Assembly (NCBI GenBank): GCA_965205025.1
Contig: CBDBFU010000014.1
Coordinates: 256,001 to 320,000, forward strand
Source: Candidatus Poribacteria bacterium
GTDB lineage: Bacteria; Poribacteria; WGA-4E; WGA-3G
Direction of reading: 5' to 3'
DNA length: 64,000 nt
Shown here: piece by piece, positions 29,042 to 40,662 of the stretch
Layout: every line of letters starts with the position of its first letter
Numbering within the stretch: the first letter of the stretch is position 1
Notes under the pieces: model-generated
What the model was told of the DNA's origin: nothing
What the model saw: only the letters and a program-made list of their open reading frames with translations
Database searches by the model: none
Translations under genes and position numbers: made by a program

Positions 29042-30177
29042 ATGAAAGCAATACTTGCATTAGCTGATGGAACCGTATTTGAAGGTGAACAATTCGGTGC
29101 AACTGGAGAAACTGTAGGTGAAGTCGTATTCAACACCAGCATGACAGGCTATCAAGAAGTACTTACTGATCCGTCATATAAGGCACAGATTGTTACAATG
29201 ACATATCCTCTTATTGGTAATTACGGATGCAACGAAGTTGACATAGAATCTATTTGTGCACAGGTTGAAGGATTTGTTGTCCGTGAATATAGTACATATC
29301 ATAGCAATTGGCGTTCACAATGGAGTTTAGAGGAATACTTAGTAAGACATAACATTATTGGTATACAGAATATTGATACACGTGCCCTTACACGTCGTTT
29401 ACGTGTAGAAGGTGTAATGAATGGATGTCTCGCAACAGAACACACAGACGAAAAACTTGACCCAGAATGCTTAATTGACAAAGCACGGGCATGGCACGGC
29501 CTGATTGGACAAGATCTTGTGCAACGCGTCACTTGTCCAAATACATACGCTTGGTCAGAACAGCATTCTGCCACTGGTTTCGAAAATGGTGATTCTCCAC
29601 ACAATGATAAAATATATAATGTAATAGCACTTGATTTCGGTGTCAAGTACAATATTCTAAGACAGTTGACAGAACATGGTTGTGATGTTCAGGTAGTTCC
29701 AGCAAATACAACCGCAGATGAAATACTTGATTCTAATCCTGACGGTATTTTTCTTTCAAATGGTCCAGGAGATCCAATGCCGTTGGAATATGCAACAAAA
29801 ACAATACGTGATCTAATTGGTAAAAAGCCGTTATTTGGTATCTGTTTGGGACATCAATTATTGAGTCTTGCACTTGGTGGCAAAACATATAAGCTTAAGT
29901 TCGGACACAGGGGAGCGAATCAGCCTGTGAAATTTATAGAAACCGATCAGGTCGAAATAACTTCTCAAAATCACGGTTTCTGTGTAGATATTGATTCACT
30001 ACCAAATAATGTAGATATCACACATATCAATTTGAATGATAATACACTTGAAGGAATTCAACATAGAGAATATCCCGCTTTTTCGGTACAGTATCACCCT
30101 GAAGCATCACCAGGTCACATGACGCAAGTTATCTCTTTTCACATTTTACTAAAATGATGGACAAACACGCAATATAA
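29042..30177 (+). CDS. carA: Carbamoyl-phosphate synthase small subunit; 1-nt frameshift near 30116, true end inferred at 30177
   Basis: [29 protein letters not shown] and [10 protein letters not shown], with [10 protein letters not shown] in the shifted frame. Confidence 0.95.
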
Positions 30178-30252
30178 TATGTATACATAGTTTGTCAGAT
30201 TAAAATCTTACAAGCATCAGACAAATGATAATAACAACTAAATTATAATAAA

Positions 30253-33200
30253 ATGCCAAAACGTACAGATATTAATAAAATCTTAATTATTGGATCAGGT
30301 GCAATAATAATCGGTCAAGCGTGCGAATTCGATTATTCAGGCACGCAAGCATGTAAAGCACTGAAAGAGGAAGGCTATGAAATTATATTAGTCAATAGTA
30401 ATCCCGCCACTATTATGACAGATCCAGATTTTGCTGATCGAACCTATGTTGAACCCATCACATCGGACACTGTTGAACTCATCATAGATAAAGAACGTCC
30501 CGATGCTTTATTGCCAACACTCGGTGGACAAACTGCACTAAATGTGTCTGTTGAACTTGCTGAATCAGGTATACTTAACAAATATAATGTTGAACTCATT
30601 GGGGCAAAATTACACGCAATTCAAAAGGCAGAAGATCGTGCTCTATTTAAAGATGCAATGAAAAAAATCGGTTTGGATGTGCCTTTGAGTGGCATCGCAC
30701 ATACAAATGAAGAAGCAAATGACCTAATAGATGACATTGGATTCCCCGCGATAATTCGTCCTGCATTTACACTCGGCGGTACAGGAGGAGGAATTGCGTA
30801 TAACATAGAAGAATATCAAAAAATGGTGTCTTCAGGACTTGCATTAAGTCCAATTAGTGAACTACTAATTGAGGAATCTATTATTGGATGGAAAGAGTTT
30901 GAATTAGAGGTGATGCGAGATGGAGGAGATAATGTTGTAATCATCTGTTCTATTGAAAACCTTGATCCAATGGGCGTTCATACGGGTGATAGTATCACTG
31001 TTGCTCCAATACAAACTTTGACTGATAAAGAGTATCAATTAATGCGGGACTCCGCCATAAAAATCATACGCGAAATTGGTGTCGATACCGGTGGATCCAA
31101 TATACAATTTGCCGTTGATCCAAAAACAGGAAAACAGGTGGTAATTGAAATGAATCCTCGCGTTTCTCGGAGTTCAGCTCTTGCTTCAAAAGCAACCGGA
31201 TTTCCCATTGCTAAGATTGCTGCCAAGTTGGCTGTCGGATACAATCTTGATGAAATACCAAACGATATTACCGCTGAAACCCCTGCATGTTTTGAACCAA
31301 CTATTGATTATGTGGTCGTAAAAATACCAAGATGGGCTTTTGAGAAATTCCAAGGAACAGATGAAACGCTTACAACTCAGATGAAATCTGTGGGCGAAGC
31401 CATGTCTATTGGCAGAACTTTTAAGGAAGCCTTACAGAAAGGGCTGCGATCCTTAGAAACAGGTTGGTGTGGATTTGATAATCATCCTATTGAAGAATTA
31501 CCACTTTCAGAACTATCCAGTAAATTAACCATACCCAATGTAGAACGTATCTTTTATATTAAATCCGCACTAAAACGGGGTATGTCAATTGACGATATAT
31601 ATTCCTATACTCATATAGATCCTTTCTTCTTGTATAATCTTCAAGAGTTAGTTATTTTTGAGGATCATCTTTCTACACCACAGGCAAAACAGAAAATAGA
31701 AAATGGAGATTCTGACGGTGATGTAGAAAACCTACTTCGACAGGCAAAACAATATGGTTTTTCTGACAGACAACTTGCAGATATTTGTAATCAAACAGAA
31801 TCCGATATTAGAGGAACACGGAAATCCCTTGGTATTGAAGCAACATATAAAACTGTTGATACTTGTGCAGCTGAATTTGAAGCGGAAACTCCATATTACT
31901 ATTCAACCTGCTCAAGTGAGGACGAAGTTCGACCTACTGATAACGATAAAATCATGATTTTAGGTGGTGGTCCAAATCGGATTGGACAAGGTATTGAATT
32001 CGACTATTGTTGTGTCCACGCTGCTATGGCATTAAAAGAAGACGGTTATGAGACTATTATGGTGAATAGTAATCCTGAAACTGTCAGTACAGATTATGAT
32101 ACTTCTGACCGTCTATACTTTGAACCCTTAACATGTGAGGATGTACTGAATATATATGATAAAGAAAAGCCTATTGGGGTAATTGTACAATTTGGTGGTC
32201 AGACACCGTTAAATCTTGCAGATTCACTCAAACAAGCAGGTGTACCAATTATCGGCACAAGTCCACAGGATATAGCTCGTTCTGAAAACCGACAACTATT
32301 TAAAGAGGTATTAGATGAAATAGGTCTAAAGCAACCACCTAACGGAACCGCTACCTCAATTGATGAAGCTGTACCGATAGCAGCATCACTTGGTTATCCT
32401 GTGATTGTAAGACCATCTTTTGTTTTAGGGGGTCGTGCAATGCAAATTGTCTACGATGAAACACTTCTACAAGAATATATGGATACCGCAGTTCAAGCCT
32501 CTCCTGAACACCCAATTCTCATTGATAAATATCTTGAGGAGGCAATTGAGGTAGATGTGGATGCTATCTCTGATGGGTACACAACTGTCATTGGCGGTAT
32601 AATGGAACATATTGAAGAAGCAGGTGTTCATTCAGGTGATAGCGATTGCGTACTTCCTCCATATACTCTGGTAGATGATCAGATAGACCAGCTTAAAGAA
32701 TATACATACGCACTTGCAAAAGCACTGAACGTTTGCGGCCTAATGAATGTTCAATATGCTATAAAAAGCGATGAGATTTATGTTCTTGAAGTAAATCCTC
32801 GAGCATCTCGGACGATTCCTTTTGTTAGTAAAGCAATTGGAGTTCCTCTTGCTAAACTTGCTGCGCGCGTTATGGCTGGAAAAACTCTTACAGAATTAGG
32901 TTACACTTCGGAAATTGAACCCCCTTATTTTAGTGTAAAAGCACCTGTATTCCCTTTTAATCGATTCCCAGGAGCGAATTCACGACTTGGTCCAGAAATG
33001 AAATCCACTGGTGAGGTTATGGGGATTGATTATGATGTATCACGGGCTTTCGCAAAAGCACAGAAAGCTTGTGGATATTCTCTACCCTTGAAAGGAAACG
33101 TATTTATTAGTGTCAGGAATAAAGATAAAAGATCAGTCATTTTTTTAGCAAAAAAATTAACTGATATGGGATTTGAACTTATAGCTACCCATGGAACAGC

Positions 33201-33486
33201 TAAAGTTCTATTACGAAATGGAATGAAGGTAGATCTTGTATATAGTATAGGTAAAGGGAGACCTACTATACACGATCACATCAAAAACCATGCAGTTGAC
33301 TTAATTATAAATACACCTACTGGTGATTTGCATAGAACTAATGAACTCCTCATCAGACAGATGGCAATAGAGCATGACATTCCAATATATTCAACAATTC
33401 CAGGTGCGGCTGCAGCAGTCAATGCAATCGACGTACTACAAAGTGGTGAAATATCAGTAACACCATTACAAGATTATCATAGGTAA
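30253..33486 (+). CDS. carB: Carbamoyl-phosphate synthase large subunit
   Basis: MPKRTDI...[11 protein letters not shown], duplicated ATP-grasp domains, C-terminal MGS domain. Confidence 0.98.
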   Translation: MPKRTDINKILIIGSGAIIIGQACEFDYSGTQACKALKEEGYEIILVNSNPATIMTDPDFADRTYVEPITSDTVELIIDKERPDALLPTLGGQTALNVSVELAESGILNKYNVELIGAKLHAIQKAEDRALFKDAMKKIGLDVPLSGIAHTNEEANDLIDDIGFPAIIRPAFTLGGTGGGIAYNIEEYQKMVSSGLALSPISELLIEESIIGWKEFELEVMRDGGDNVVIICSIENLDPMGVHTGDSITVAPIQTLTDKEYQLMRDSAIKIIREIGVDTGGSNIQFAVDPKTGKQVVIEMNPRVSRSSALASKATGFPIAKIAAKLAVGYNLDEIPNDITAETPACFEPTIDYVVVKIPRWAFEKFQGTDETLTTQMKSVGEAMSIGRTFKEALQKGLRSLETGWCGFDNHPIEELPLSELSSKLTIPNVERIFYIKSALKRGMSIDDIYSYTHIDPFFLYNLQELVIFEDHLSTPQAKQKIENGDSDGDVENLLRQAKQYGFSDRQLADICNQTESDIRGTRKSLGIEATYKTVDTCAAEFEAETPYYYSTCSSEDEVRPTDNDKIMILGGGPNRIGQGIEFDYCCVHAAMALKEDGYETIMVNSNPETVSTDYDTSDRLYFEPLTCEDVLNIYDKEKPIGVIVQFGGQTPLNLADSLKQAGVPIIGTSPQDIARSENRQLFKEVLDEIGLKQPPNGTATSIDEAVPIAASLGYPVIVRPSFVLGGRAMQIVYDETLLQEYMDTAVQASPEHPILIDKYLEEAIEVDVDAISDGYTTVIGGIMEHIEEAGVHSGDSDCVLPPYTLVDDQIDQLKEYTYALAKALNVCGLMNVQYAIKSDEIYVLEVNPRASRTIPFVSKAIGVPLAKLAARVMAGKTLTELGYTSEIEPPYFSVKAPVFPFNRFPGANSRLGPEMKSTGEVMGIDYDVSRAFAKAQKACGYSLPLKGNVFISVRNKDKRSVIFLAKKLTDMGFELIATHGTAKVLLRNGMKVDLVYSIGKGRPTIHDHIKNHAVDLIINTPTGDLHRTNELLIRQMAIEHDIPIYSTIPGAAAAVNAIDVLQSGEISVTPLQDYHR

Positions 33487-33494
33487 GGTAAATT

Positions 33495-34283
33495 ATGTCA
33501 AACGAATCGACTCGAAGGAATACTCGTTGGGTACAAGCTCTTGATAGATTGTTACAAGTCCTTAATCTTGACGAAGATCACCCCATTAGAATTATGACAA
33601 TTGAAGATGGAAGAGAAGTAATTGTCGTAAAACCAAATGCATTCACCGTTTCAAGATTCTATGCATCTGGACGACCCGACGGTACACGTCCACACGGTCT
33701 GGAATCATACTATGAATACTATCTTACCCAATTAAACAAATATGAAGAAGAAAATGGATCAACTGACGGTTTTGAATTGACTGATGATGAATGGCATACA
33801 TTATTTGACGAATCCTTTCATAGGTATACACGCTATTTATTATTCGCAGGAATCAAACGGTGGGAAGATGTCCAGCGGGATACAGATACCAATATAGCCG
33901 TTACAAATTTAGCTAAGAAGTATGCACCATCAGAAATCGCATGGCGGAGTTATCAATATAAAGGGTATATGATTATGATGAATAGTATTTCAAAAGCAGA
34001 ATTAAGTCTGCAACAAGATGATCCTACAACTGCTTTACAGCACATAGATATAGGTATTGAACAACTTGGGGAATTCTGTGGAGAATGTTTGCGAGAAGAA
34101 CATGCGGATGCAGAAAATATCACACGTGAACGTTATCTAAGTAACCTAATCGAATTTCGTTCAGATTTAGAAGCTATCGCTACAGATGATAGTAACGGTC
34201 AGATGACCAATACAGATAGAGAGGATTCAGATCTATTAACTGAATTAGAAAGATTGTTAAACGATACCGATTCCGTCGATTAA
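33495..34283 (+). CDS. Conserved hypothetical protein (GRPDG-RPHG motif family)
   Basis: 262-aa ORF 8 bp after carB; SGRPDGTRPHGLESYYEYY; acidic tail. Confidence 0.65.
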   Translation: MSNESTRRNTRWVQALDRLLQVLNLDEDHPIRIMTIEDGREVIVVKPNAFTVSRFYASGRPDGTRPHGLESYYEYYLTQLNKYEEENGSTDGFELTDDEWHTLFDESFHRYTRYLLFAGIKRWEDVQRDTDTNIAVTNLAKKYAPSEIAWRSYQYKGYMIMMNSISKAELSLQQDDPTTALQHIDIGIEQLGEFCGECLREEHADAENITRERYLSNLIEFRSDLEAIATDDSNGQMTNTDREDSDLLTELERLLNDTDSVD

Positions 34284-34388
34284 GAAATGAGTAATAGGAC
34301 ACAATACCTATTTACTCGAATTCCTAATCAATTAATACGCTATTTCAAGTTGAATCCTCTATAATTTCCATCCATATCTATACTTTGA

Positions 34389-35021
34389 TTATTCTTCCCA
34401 TTCTGGGATATTACCTTCACGACTTGCTTGTATCAATACACCCCCAAGAAATAGGAAAGCAAGACCACGTATCAAGATGTGTATATTAAAATTCACGCCT
34501 GGTATAAATGTAATAGCAAAGGTAATTGCTGATATTATTAACAAGAATGCTGAACCGTTATTACCCCAAAGTCCAATAGAGAAACCAAAACATACAGCCA
34601 TAATAGCATAAGCAAAACCTGCAGTAAGGATTAAGGTTTCATTTAAGTCTAACCATATTTTAGTGAATATACTACCAAATTCCGTTTGTGATGCCGCTTG
34701 TCCCATAACAATTTTTAATGGAGATGTTTGGGTAAGGTGTGCAATTAGTTCTAATATGACCCAAAGGGCAGCAAAAGCAATTCCTATGAGCGTACCTGTT
34801 CTGGCATCGTTTATTAGTAAAACTGAAGTTGCAACCAAAGTTGGTATGATCAATAATAACATTCCAACACTAACACCATGCATAATATCTGGGCGACCAC
34901 TATTTTGAAAAATAAACATGAATCCTGTAAATATCATCAGAAGTGCTCCCAGTATTCCTGCTATACCACCAGAAAAAAATAAACTCTTTGAACTATTATC
35001 AGCCATAAAATAGACCTCCAA
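34389..35021 (-). CDS. Hypothetical multi-pass membrane protein
   Basis: About 6 hydrophobic segments; GGAGG RBS before the ATG at 35006. Confidence 0.7.
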   Translation of the reverse strand: MEVYFMADNSSKSLFFSGGIAGILGALLMIFTGFMFIFQNSGRPDIMHGVSVGMLLLIIPTLVATSVLLINDARTGTLIGIAFAALWVILELIAHLTQTSPLKIVMGQAASQTEFGSIFTKIWLDLNETLILTAGFAYAIMAVCFGFSIGLWGNNGSAFLLIISAITFAITFIPGVNFNIHILIRGLAFLFLGGVLIQASREGNIPEWEE

Positions 35022-35488
35022 GATACCATTGTAAATTAAAAAGTAATTCTAAATTTAAGATATTAGTAAGTTATATATATCACAGAGAATATACAAAAAT
35101 AAAAAAATATAAGGACATAAATAATACATTTTAAAAAAATATATATTATAGAGTATACAAAACTACATGTTCTAAGTCAACAATCATAGATAATTTCATA
35201 TAGAAATGTGAGATTCACATAATCAATATTAGCCATGCTGTAGTTAGATTTTGAAATCATTGATGTCAAATTTACCTACACACCTGTCACCCCTTAAAGG
35301 TTTAGGTGAACCAAATATCAGCACCCATTAATGTCAATTTAAGCATAAGACTCTTCTGTAGGAGGGAATTCCAATTCCCGACTATATTTGTAGGTTGCGA
35401 TTCAAAGATCGCTCCACAGAATATAATACCATTTATACGGATTGCACAGGGAAGAGGGATTTGGTGAGTGTAAAGAAGTAATTGGTTT

Positions 35489-35586
35489 AAGATGCCAACG
35501 AATCCAACTTAACCATTCATAAACGATCACTGGAAAGCTTATAAACCTCAGCATTCCAGCTATCCTATGGTCATATGATACTATTT
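35489..35586 (-). repeat. Conserved 3'-flank element of CTD genes, copy 1
   Basis: 35523-35586 is identical to 61024-61087. Confidence 0.85.
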
Positions 35587-38130
35587 GCGTATAATCATCT
35601 TGCGTGTAGCAATGTATTTACCAGCTATTAATGTGTAGAAGTACACACCACTGGCAACATATTCACCACTTTCATTCTTACCATTCCAATACACCGCGCT
35701 ATTTCGTTGTAGATATGAACCAACTGATTGTTGTCCCATTGCTAATGTTCGTATTAATATCCCATCAGTACTATAGATCTGTATTGTAACATCTGATGGT
35801 TGAGATAGTTGGTACGGTATCCATGTTTCAGGATTGAATGGATTTGGATAATTGGGTAGGAGTGCTGTCTTATTTGGTGTTAACTGAAGTAGAAACTGCT
35901 CCAGATATTGTATTCCTTTTTGAATTATTGGATCTGATAAATTAAGCTGTTGAGCTTGTATCAACCAATCGTGTATATTTTCAGTCTTTAGATTTTTATT
36001 CTTACTATATTTTACAGGGGCATCATTACCTTCATTCAATACTCCTGCAACCTTGATAAGATCAGCAATATCAACAACATCATCTCCATTTACATCTGCT
36101 GCATTTTCACCAGTCTGTCCAAAATTTGCCGCAATAACGACTAAATCTTTAACATCTATAACTCCATCATTATTAACATCTTCTTTAATTCGGGAAGGAG
36201 TGAATAAAGTTGGATAATCCCAAAACAGTATTGTTCCATCTACGCCTAATGTTGCGAGAGTATCCCCATCAGGACTAAACTTTAAATCATCAATTCCATT
36301 CGCCATACCTTTTAAAATAGTTTTTAGATCTCCATTTGATGAATCCCAAAATCGTATTGTTCCATCCTTTCTATCTCCAGCAGAAATGAGAGTTTTCCCA
36401 TCTGGACTGAAAGTAATTTTAACATATCTATATGTATGTCCTGTGTTAATTATCGTTCTTTCTTCAGTATATAAATTCCATATATACAACTGTTGTGATC
36501 CACTGACTGAAGCAATCAATCTTCCGTCTGGACTAAAAACTATATTTGTTCCAATGGCTGACGGGTGTGGTATTTCTGTAATAAGTTCTCTTCTTGAAAA
36601 ATCCCATAATCTAATTGCAGACGAATCCCCTGTAACAAGGATTCTTCCATTAGGACTATACGCGACCTGCTTCGTCTGTGTTATTTCTGTTGGAATAGTC
36701 CATAGTGGTTTATAGGATATTGTATCCCATAGAACAACCGCACCTTTGTTTACAGACGCAGCAACGATTGGTTCGTATGGATGGAATGCAACAGAACTGA
36801 CATTACTTTTATGTCCATATAGTGTTGCTTTCGTTTTTCCAGTTGAGACATCCCATAACCTTATACTGTTTTCATTAGCACTCCATATAGATATAGACAA
36901 GGGATATGTTATAGAACCAGTAGCAATGGTTTCTCCATCAGGACTATAAGATACTGAAGCTAAGAGATCATATTGACCATGACCCGTACTGATGAGTTTT
37001 CCAGATGTAGTATCCAAAAGACGAAGTGTGTTATCTCTGCCAATTGATGCGATTGTTTCTCCATCAGGACTAAAGTCAATTTCAGACCATAAAGCCAGGT
37101 GATTATCTATGGTATTTATCTTCTCAAGTGTTTGAGTATCCCAAAGATGAATATTTCCGTCCCTACTACCACAGACTAATGTCTTTCCATCAGGACTAAA
37201 TGAGACACTTATAACCGACGAAGTATGAGCGATAAGAGTGTTCATGTGACGCATGGTATTCATATCCCATAGACATAAAATTCCATCATCACTAACACTG
37301 GCAAGGATACTACCATCTTTATTGTAATCTATACTATTTACACCCAGCATGTGTCCTAAAAGTGTCTGTATTAATGTACCCGTTTCTACATCCCATAAAT
37401 GTATGGAAGTATCCCATCTACCGGAACAACTTGCAATTGTTTTTCCATCAGGACTAAATGAAATATCCGGTACACCAAATAAGCCAAACTCACTATATGT
37501 AATGATAGTCTTATCGAGTTCACCTGTTGGCAGATTCCATAGCTTAATTGTATTGCGGTCATCATAACCACCTGTAGCGAGGATTTTTCCATCAGGACTG
37601 AATTCAAGACAGGTTGCATCATCTTCATGTCCATCAAGGGTTGTTATAATTCTTCCAGTAGCCACATCCCATAGCTTTACTGATGAATCCTTGTACCAAC
37701 TACATGTTGCGAGGATTTTCCCGTCTGGACTAAACTCCAGATCAGTTATCTCATCTGTGTGGGCAGAGAGAACAGATATGAGTTTCCCCGTAGGTACATC
37801 CCATAATAAGAATTCTCCAGCACTACTACTTGCCAATGTATTACCATCAGGACTGAAGGATACGCTTGTAACACGTCTTGAATGATTTGTAAATAGACTT
37901 TGTTCTTTACCAGTATTTGCGTTATATATCCAAACCCCAATTGAACTTGGTACAGCAACGAGTGAATTGTCGGGTGAAAAGATGATATTTCCAGTAATCT
38001 CTCCTTTTCCAAGACGTTTATATGCACCATTAGGGAGTTCCCACTTTGTGTAATCCTGCGCAAATACGGTTAATGGTAATAGGGATAACAACCAAAGCAA
38101 GACAGAGATGGATAGTAGGATCTTTTTCAT
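35581..38130 (-). CDS. Secreted WD40 beta-propeller + dockerin + FlgD-Ig CTD protein (subtype A2)
   Basis: Signal peptide, GH...FSPDG...WD repeats, paired DVNxDG dockerin motifs, NYPNPFNPETWIPYQL CTD. Confidence 0.9.
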   Translation of the reverse strand: MKKILLSISVLLWLLSLLPLTVFAQDYTKWELPNGAYKRLGKGEITGNIIFSPDNSLVAVPSSIGVWIYNANTGKEQSLFTNHSRRVTSVSFSPDGNTLASSSAGEFLLWDVPTGKLISVLSAHTDEITDLEFSPDGKILATCSWYKDSSVKLWDVATGRIITTLDGHEDDATCLEFSPDGKILATGGYDDRNTIKLWNLPTGELDKTIITYSEFGLFGVPDISFSPDGKTIASCSGRWDTSIHLWDVETGTLIQTLLGHMLGVNSIDYNKDGSILASVSDDGILCLWDMNTMRHMNTLIAHTSSVISVSFSPDGKTLVCGSRDGNIHLWDTQTLEKINTIDNHLALWSEIDFSPDGETIASIGRDNTLRLLDTTSGKLISTGHGQYDLLASVSYSPDGETIATGSITYPLSISIWSANENSIRLWDVSTGKTKATLYGHKSNVSSVAFHPYEPIVAASVNKGAVVLWDTISYKPLWTIPTEITQTKQVAYSPNGRILVTGDSSAIRLWDFSRRELITEIPHPSAIGTNIVFSPDGRLIASVSGSQQLYIWNLYTEERTIINTGHTYRYVKITFSPDGKTLISAGDRKDGTIRFWDSSNGDLKTILKGMANGIDDLKFSPDGDTLATLGVDGTILFWDYPTLFTPSRIKEDVNNDGVIDVKDLVVIAANFGQTGENAADVNGDDVVDIADLIKVAGVLNEGNDAPVKYSKNKNLKTENIHDWLIQAQQLNLSDPIIQKGIQYLEQFLLQLTPNKTALLPNYPNPFNPETWIPYQLSQPSDVTIQIYSTDGILIRTLAMGQQSVGSYLQRNSAVYWNGKNESGEYVASGVYFYTLIAGKYIATRKMIIRK

Positions 38131-38140
38131 TTTTGTTCTC

Positions 38141-40654
38141 CTATTTCCTAATTAGTAATCGTCTGGTAGCATTAAACTGTCCTGAAGAGAGGGAATAAAA
38201 ATAACTGCCACTTGCTACATGTTCACCATGTTCATTTTTCCCATCCCAATGGGCTGCACGGGTTCGGGAGTGATAGATTCCAGCTTGTTGTCGGCCAACT
38301 TTTATTGTCCGAACTAACTCACCGTTAGCAGTATAAATGCGAATTGATACATCTGAAGGTGTATTAAGTTGATACGGTATCCACGTTTCTGGGTTTGCAG
38401 GATTAGGATAATTTGGTAAAAGCACTGTATCTTCAGGAGTAAAGTGGAATAAGATATTTTCAAGTACAGCAATACCTTTCTGTAATATTGGAGTTTTGTT
38501 AGGAATCATCTGTGATTGGGTTAACCATTGTTGAACCATTGTGGGGTTCAAAATATTTTTTGCATCTATTAATTTTCGTGGGGCACTATTATCATTATCA
38601 AGTGCAGCGGCAACTAATAACAAATCCTCAATATTCACAATTCCATCTTCATTTAAATCAGCACTATTTTCTGTTCCTGTTTTTCCAAATTGTAATGCGA
38701 CATAGATTAAATCTTGTAAGTCCACAGTACCATCATGATTAACATCTTCTAACAAGGTAGCCATTTCTAATTTCGAATCAATTATTGAGGCATAATCCCA
38801 TAGCATCACAGTCCCATCAGGACTGCCAGTAGCAAGTGTCTTTCCATCAGAAGTAAATACTACATCTAATACAACGTAACCATGTCCAATAAGTGTTTTA
38901 ATCATCTCACCAGTAGCCACATCCCATATTCTTACAATAGGATCATCCCATCCACCACAACTTACGAGATATTTCCCATCTTTACTAAATGCTATTTTTC
39001 GAACTTCTTCCCTATGTGCTGAATGAATTACCGTTGAATCCCCACTCGACATATCCCAAAATATTATTGAGTTATCCTTACCACAACTTGCAAGAATACT
39101 TCCATCATCATTAAAATCAACACAATGTACCCTATCAAGATGTCCATATAGGGTAGTAATGTTGGATCCAGTCGAAACATCCCAAATCCGTACTGTTTTG
39201 TCATTGCTACTACTGGCAAGAAGATTTTCATCAGGACTAAATTTAACTGAAGTAACCCCTGCTGTATGACCAATAAAAGCATCAATATGTGTACGACCTG
39301 CATACCATATATGTACAGCAGTATTTAATTCATTGCCCCCGGCAAGGAGTTGACCATCCGAGCTATACTCTAATCCAGACAAAAAAGCACTTGATGTAAG
39401 ATTCTTCCCTCCATTGCCTGTGAGTGTAGCAAGATATGTTAGATGATTAACATCCCAAATAAGTGTTCTACGACCATCTTGACTAGCAAGTATATTTCCA
39501 TCTGGTCTGAATGCTAAACCTATAAAGTAGTTATACCATTCATTGAAATATATCTGTCCTAACCGTTCGGTAGAGGAGGTATTCCACAGATTAATTTGAT
39601 AAGGACTTCCAGTTGCGAGTATGTTTCCATCCGGACTGAATGCTAAGGCTCTAATTTCAGTCGAATGTCCTTGAATTGACAGATTCCGTTCACCAGTATT
39701 CACATCCCAAATGAATAAACCATCTGAACTGCCGCTTGCGAGTGTAGTACCATCAGGACTGAATACTAATGTATACACTTTCTGCTTTTTATGTCCTATA
39801 AAATCTCTGATTCGTTCCCCCGAACCAACTTTCCATAGATCTAATTTTCCATATCTATCACCAATAGCAATGGTATTTCCGTCAGGACTAAAGGCAATTC
39901 CATGGATTGTTTGTTTTAATTGAATTGTATGATATCTATCTGTTATCACATCTGAAATATTCACTTTTTTCTGGTTCACACTTATACTTGCTACTTTACT
40001 TCCGTCTGGACTAAAGATGATTTTCGATATACTACTTCTATGGTTAGTTAGATATTTCTTCTGTGTAGCAGTCGTAAGATCCCATAACCGTACGGTATCA
40101 TACCAATTTCCACTAATAAGTGAGTTCCCATCAGGACTGAAAGCAAGTGAATTAACCCTACCTGTATGACCAGTCAGTATAGAAATTTTTTCACCTGAAG
40201 CAATATCCCATAGGACTATCGCTTTGCCTATTCCTGCAGCAAAGGTATATCCATCAGGACTGCTTGCAACTGTTCGTCTAACTCCTGTATCTCCTTCGAT
40301 CTCTGCAATTAAACTTCCATCATAGATTGATCTGATTTGGTAGATATCTTCAGTTTCAACACATACGTACATTTCCCCATCGGGACTAACACTAAGTAAG
40401 TCTTTACCATAGGTCGAAATAAAACCTAATTCAACACCAGTCTGTGCATCATAAGTCCAAATACCATTATAGCATTGAACAATTAACCTACTTCCATCAG
40501 GTGAATATGCCAGACTCCTAACAATTCCTTTACCAATCCGTAATTTTGCCCCATCAGGTAAATCCCATTTCATGTATTGATTCGCATAGGAAAATGGAAG
40601 AAAATGTAAAGAAATATATAGACATACAAGCATAATCTGTTTGATAGTTTTCAT
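38141..40654 (-). CDS. Secreted WD40 + dockerin + CTD protein (subtype B2)
   Basis: Same architecture; GRTH motif; dockerin DLIYVALQF. Confidence 0.9.
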   Translation of the reverse strand: MKTIKQIMLVCLYISLHFLPFSYANQYMKWDLPDGAKLRIGKGIVRSLAYSPDGSRLIVQCYNGIWTYDAQTGVELGFISTYGKDLLSVSPDGEMYVCVETEDIYQIRSIYDGSLIAEIEGDTGVRRTVASSPDGYTFAAGIGKAIVLWDIASGEKISILTGHTGRVNSLAFSPDGNSLISGNWYDTVRLWDLTTATQKKYLTNHRSSISKIIFSPDGSKVASISVNQKKVNISDVITDRYHTIQLKQTIHGIAFSPDGNTIAIGDRYGKLDLWKVGSGERIRDFIGHKKQKVYTLVFSPDGTTLASGSSDGLFIWDVNTGERNLSIQGHSTEIRALAFSPDGNILATGSPYQINLWNTSSTERLGQIYFNEWYNYFIGLAFRPDGNILASQDGRRTLIWDVNHLTYLATLTGNGGKNLTSSAFLSGLEYSSDGQLLAGGNELNTAVHIWYAGRTHIDAFIGHTAGVTSVKFSPDENLLASSSNDKTVRIWDVSTGSNITTLYGHLDRVHCVDFNDDGSILASCGKDNSIIFWDMSSGDSTVIHSAHREEVRKIAFSKDGKYLVSCGGWDDPIVRIWDVATGEMIKTLIGHGYVVLDVVFTSDGKTLATGSPDGTVMLWDYASIIDSKLEMATLLEDVNHDGTVDLQDLIYVALQFGKTGTENSADLNEDGIVNIEDLLLVAAALDNDNSAPRKLIDAKNILNPTMVQQWLTQSQMIPNKTPILQKGIAVLENILFHFTPEDTVLLPNYPNPANPETWIPYQLNTPSDVSIRIYTANGELVRTIKVGRQQAGIYHSRTRAAHWDGKNEHGEHVASGSYFYSLSSGQFNATRRLLIRK

Positions 40655-40662
40655 AATAATTT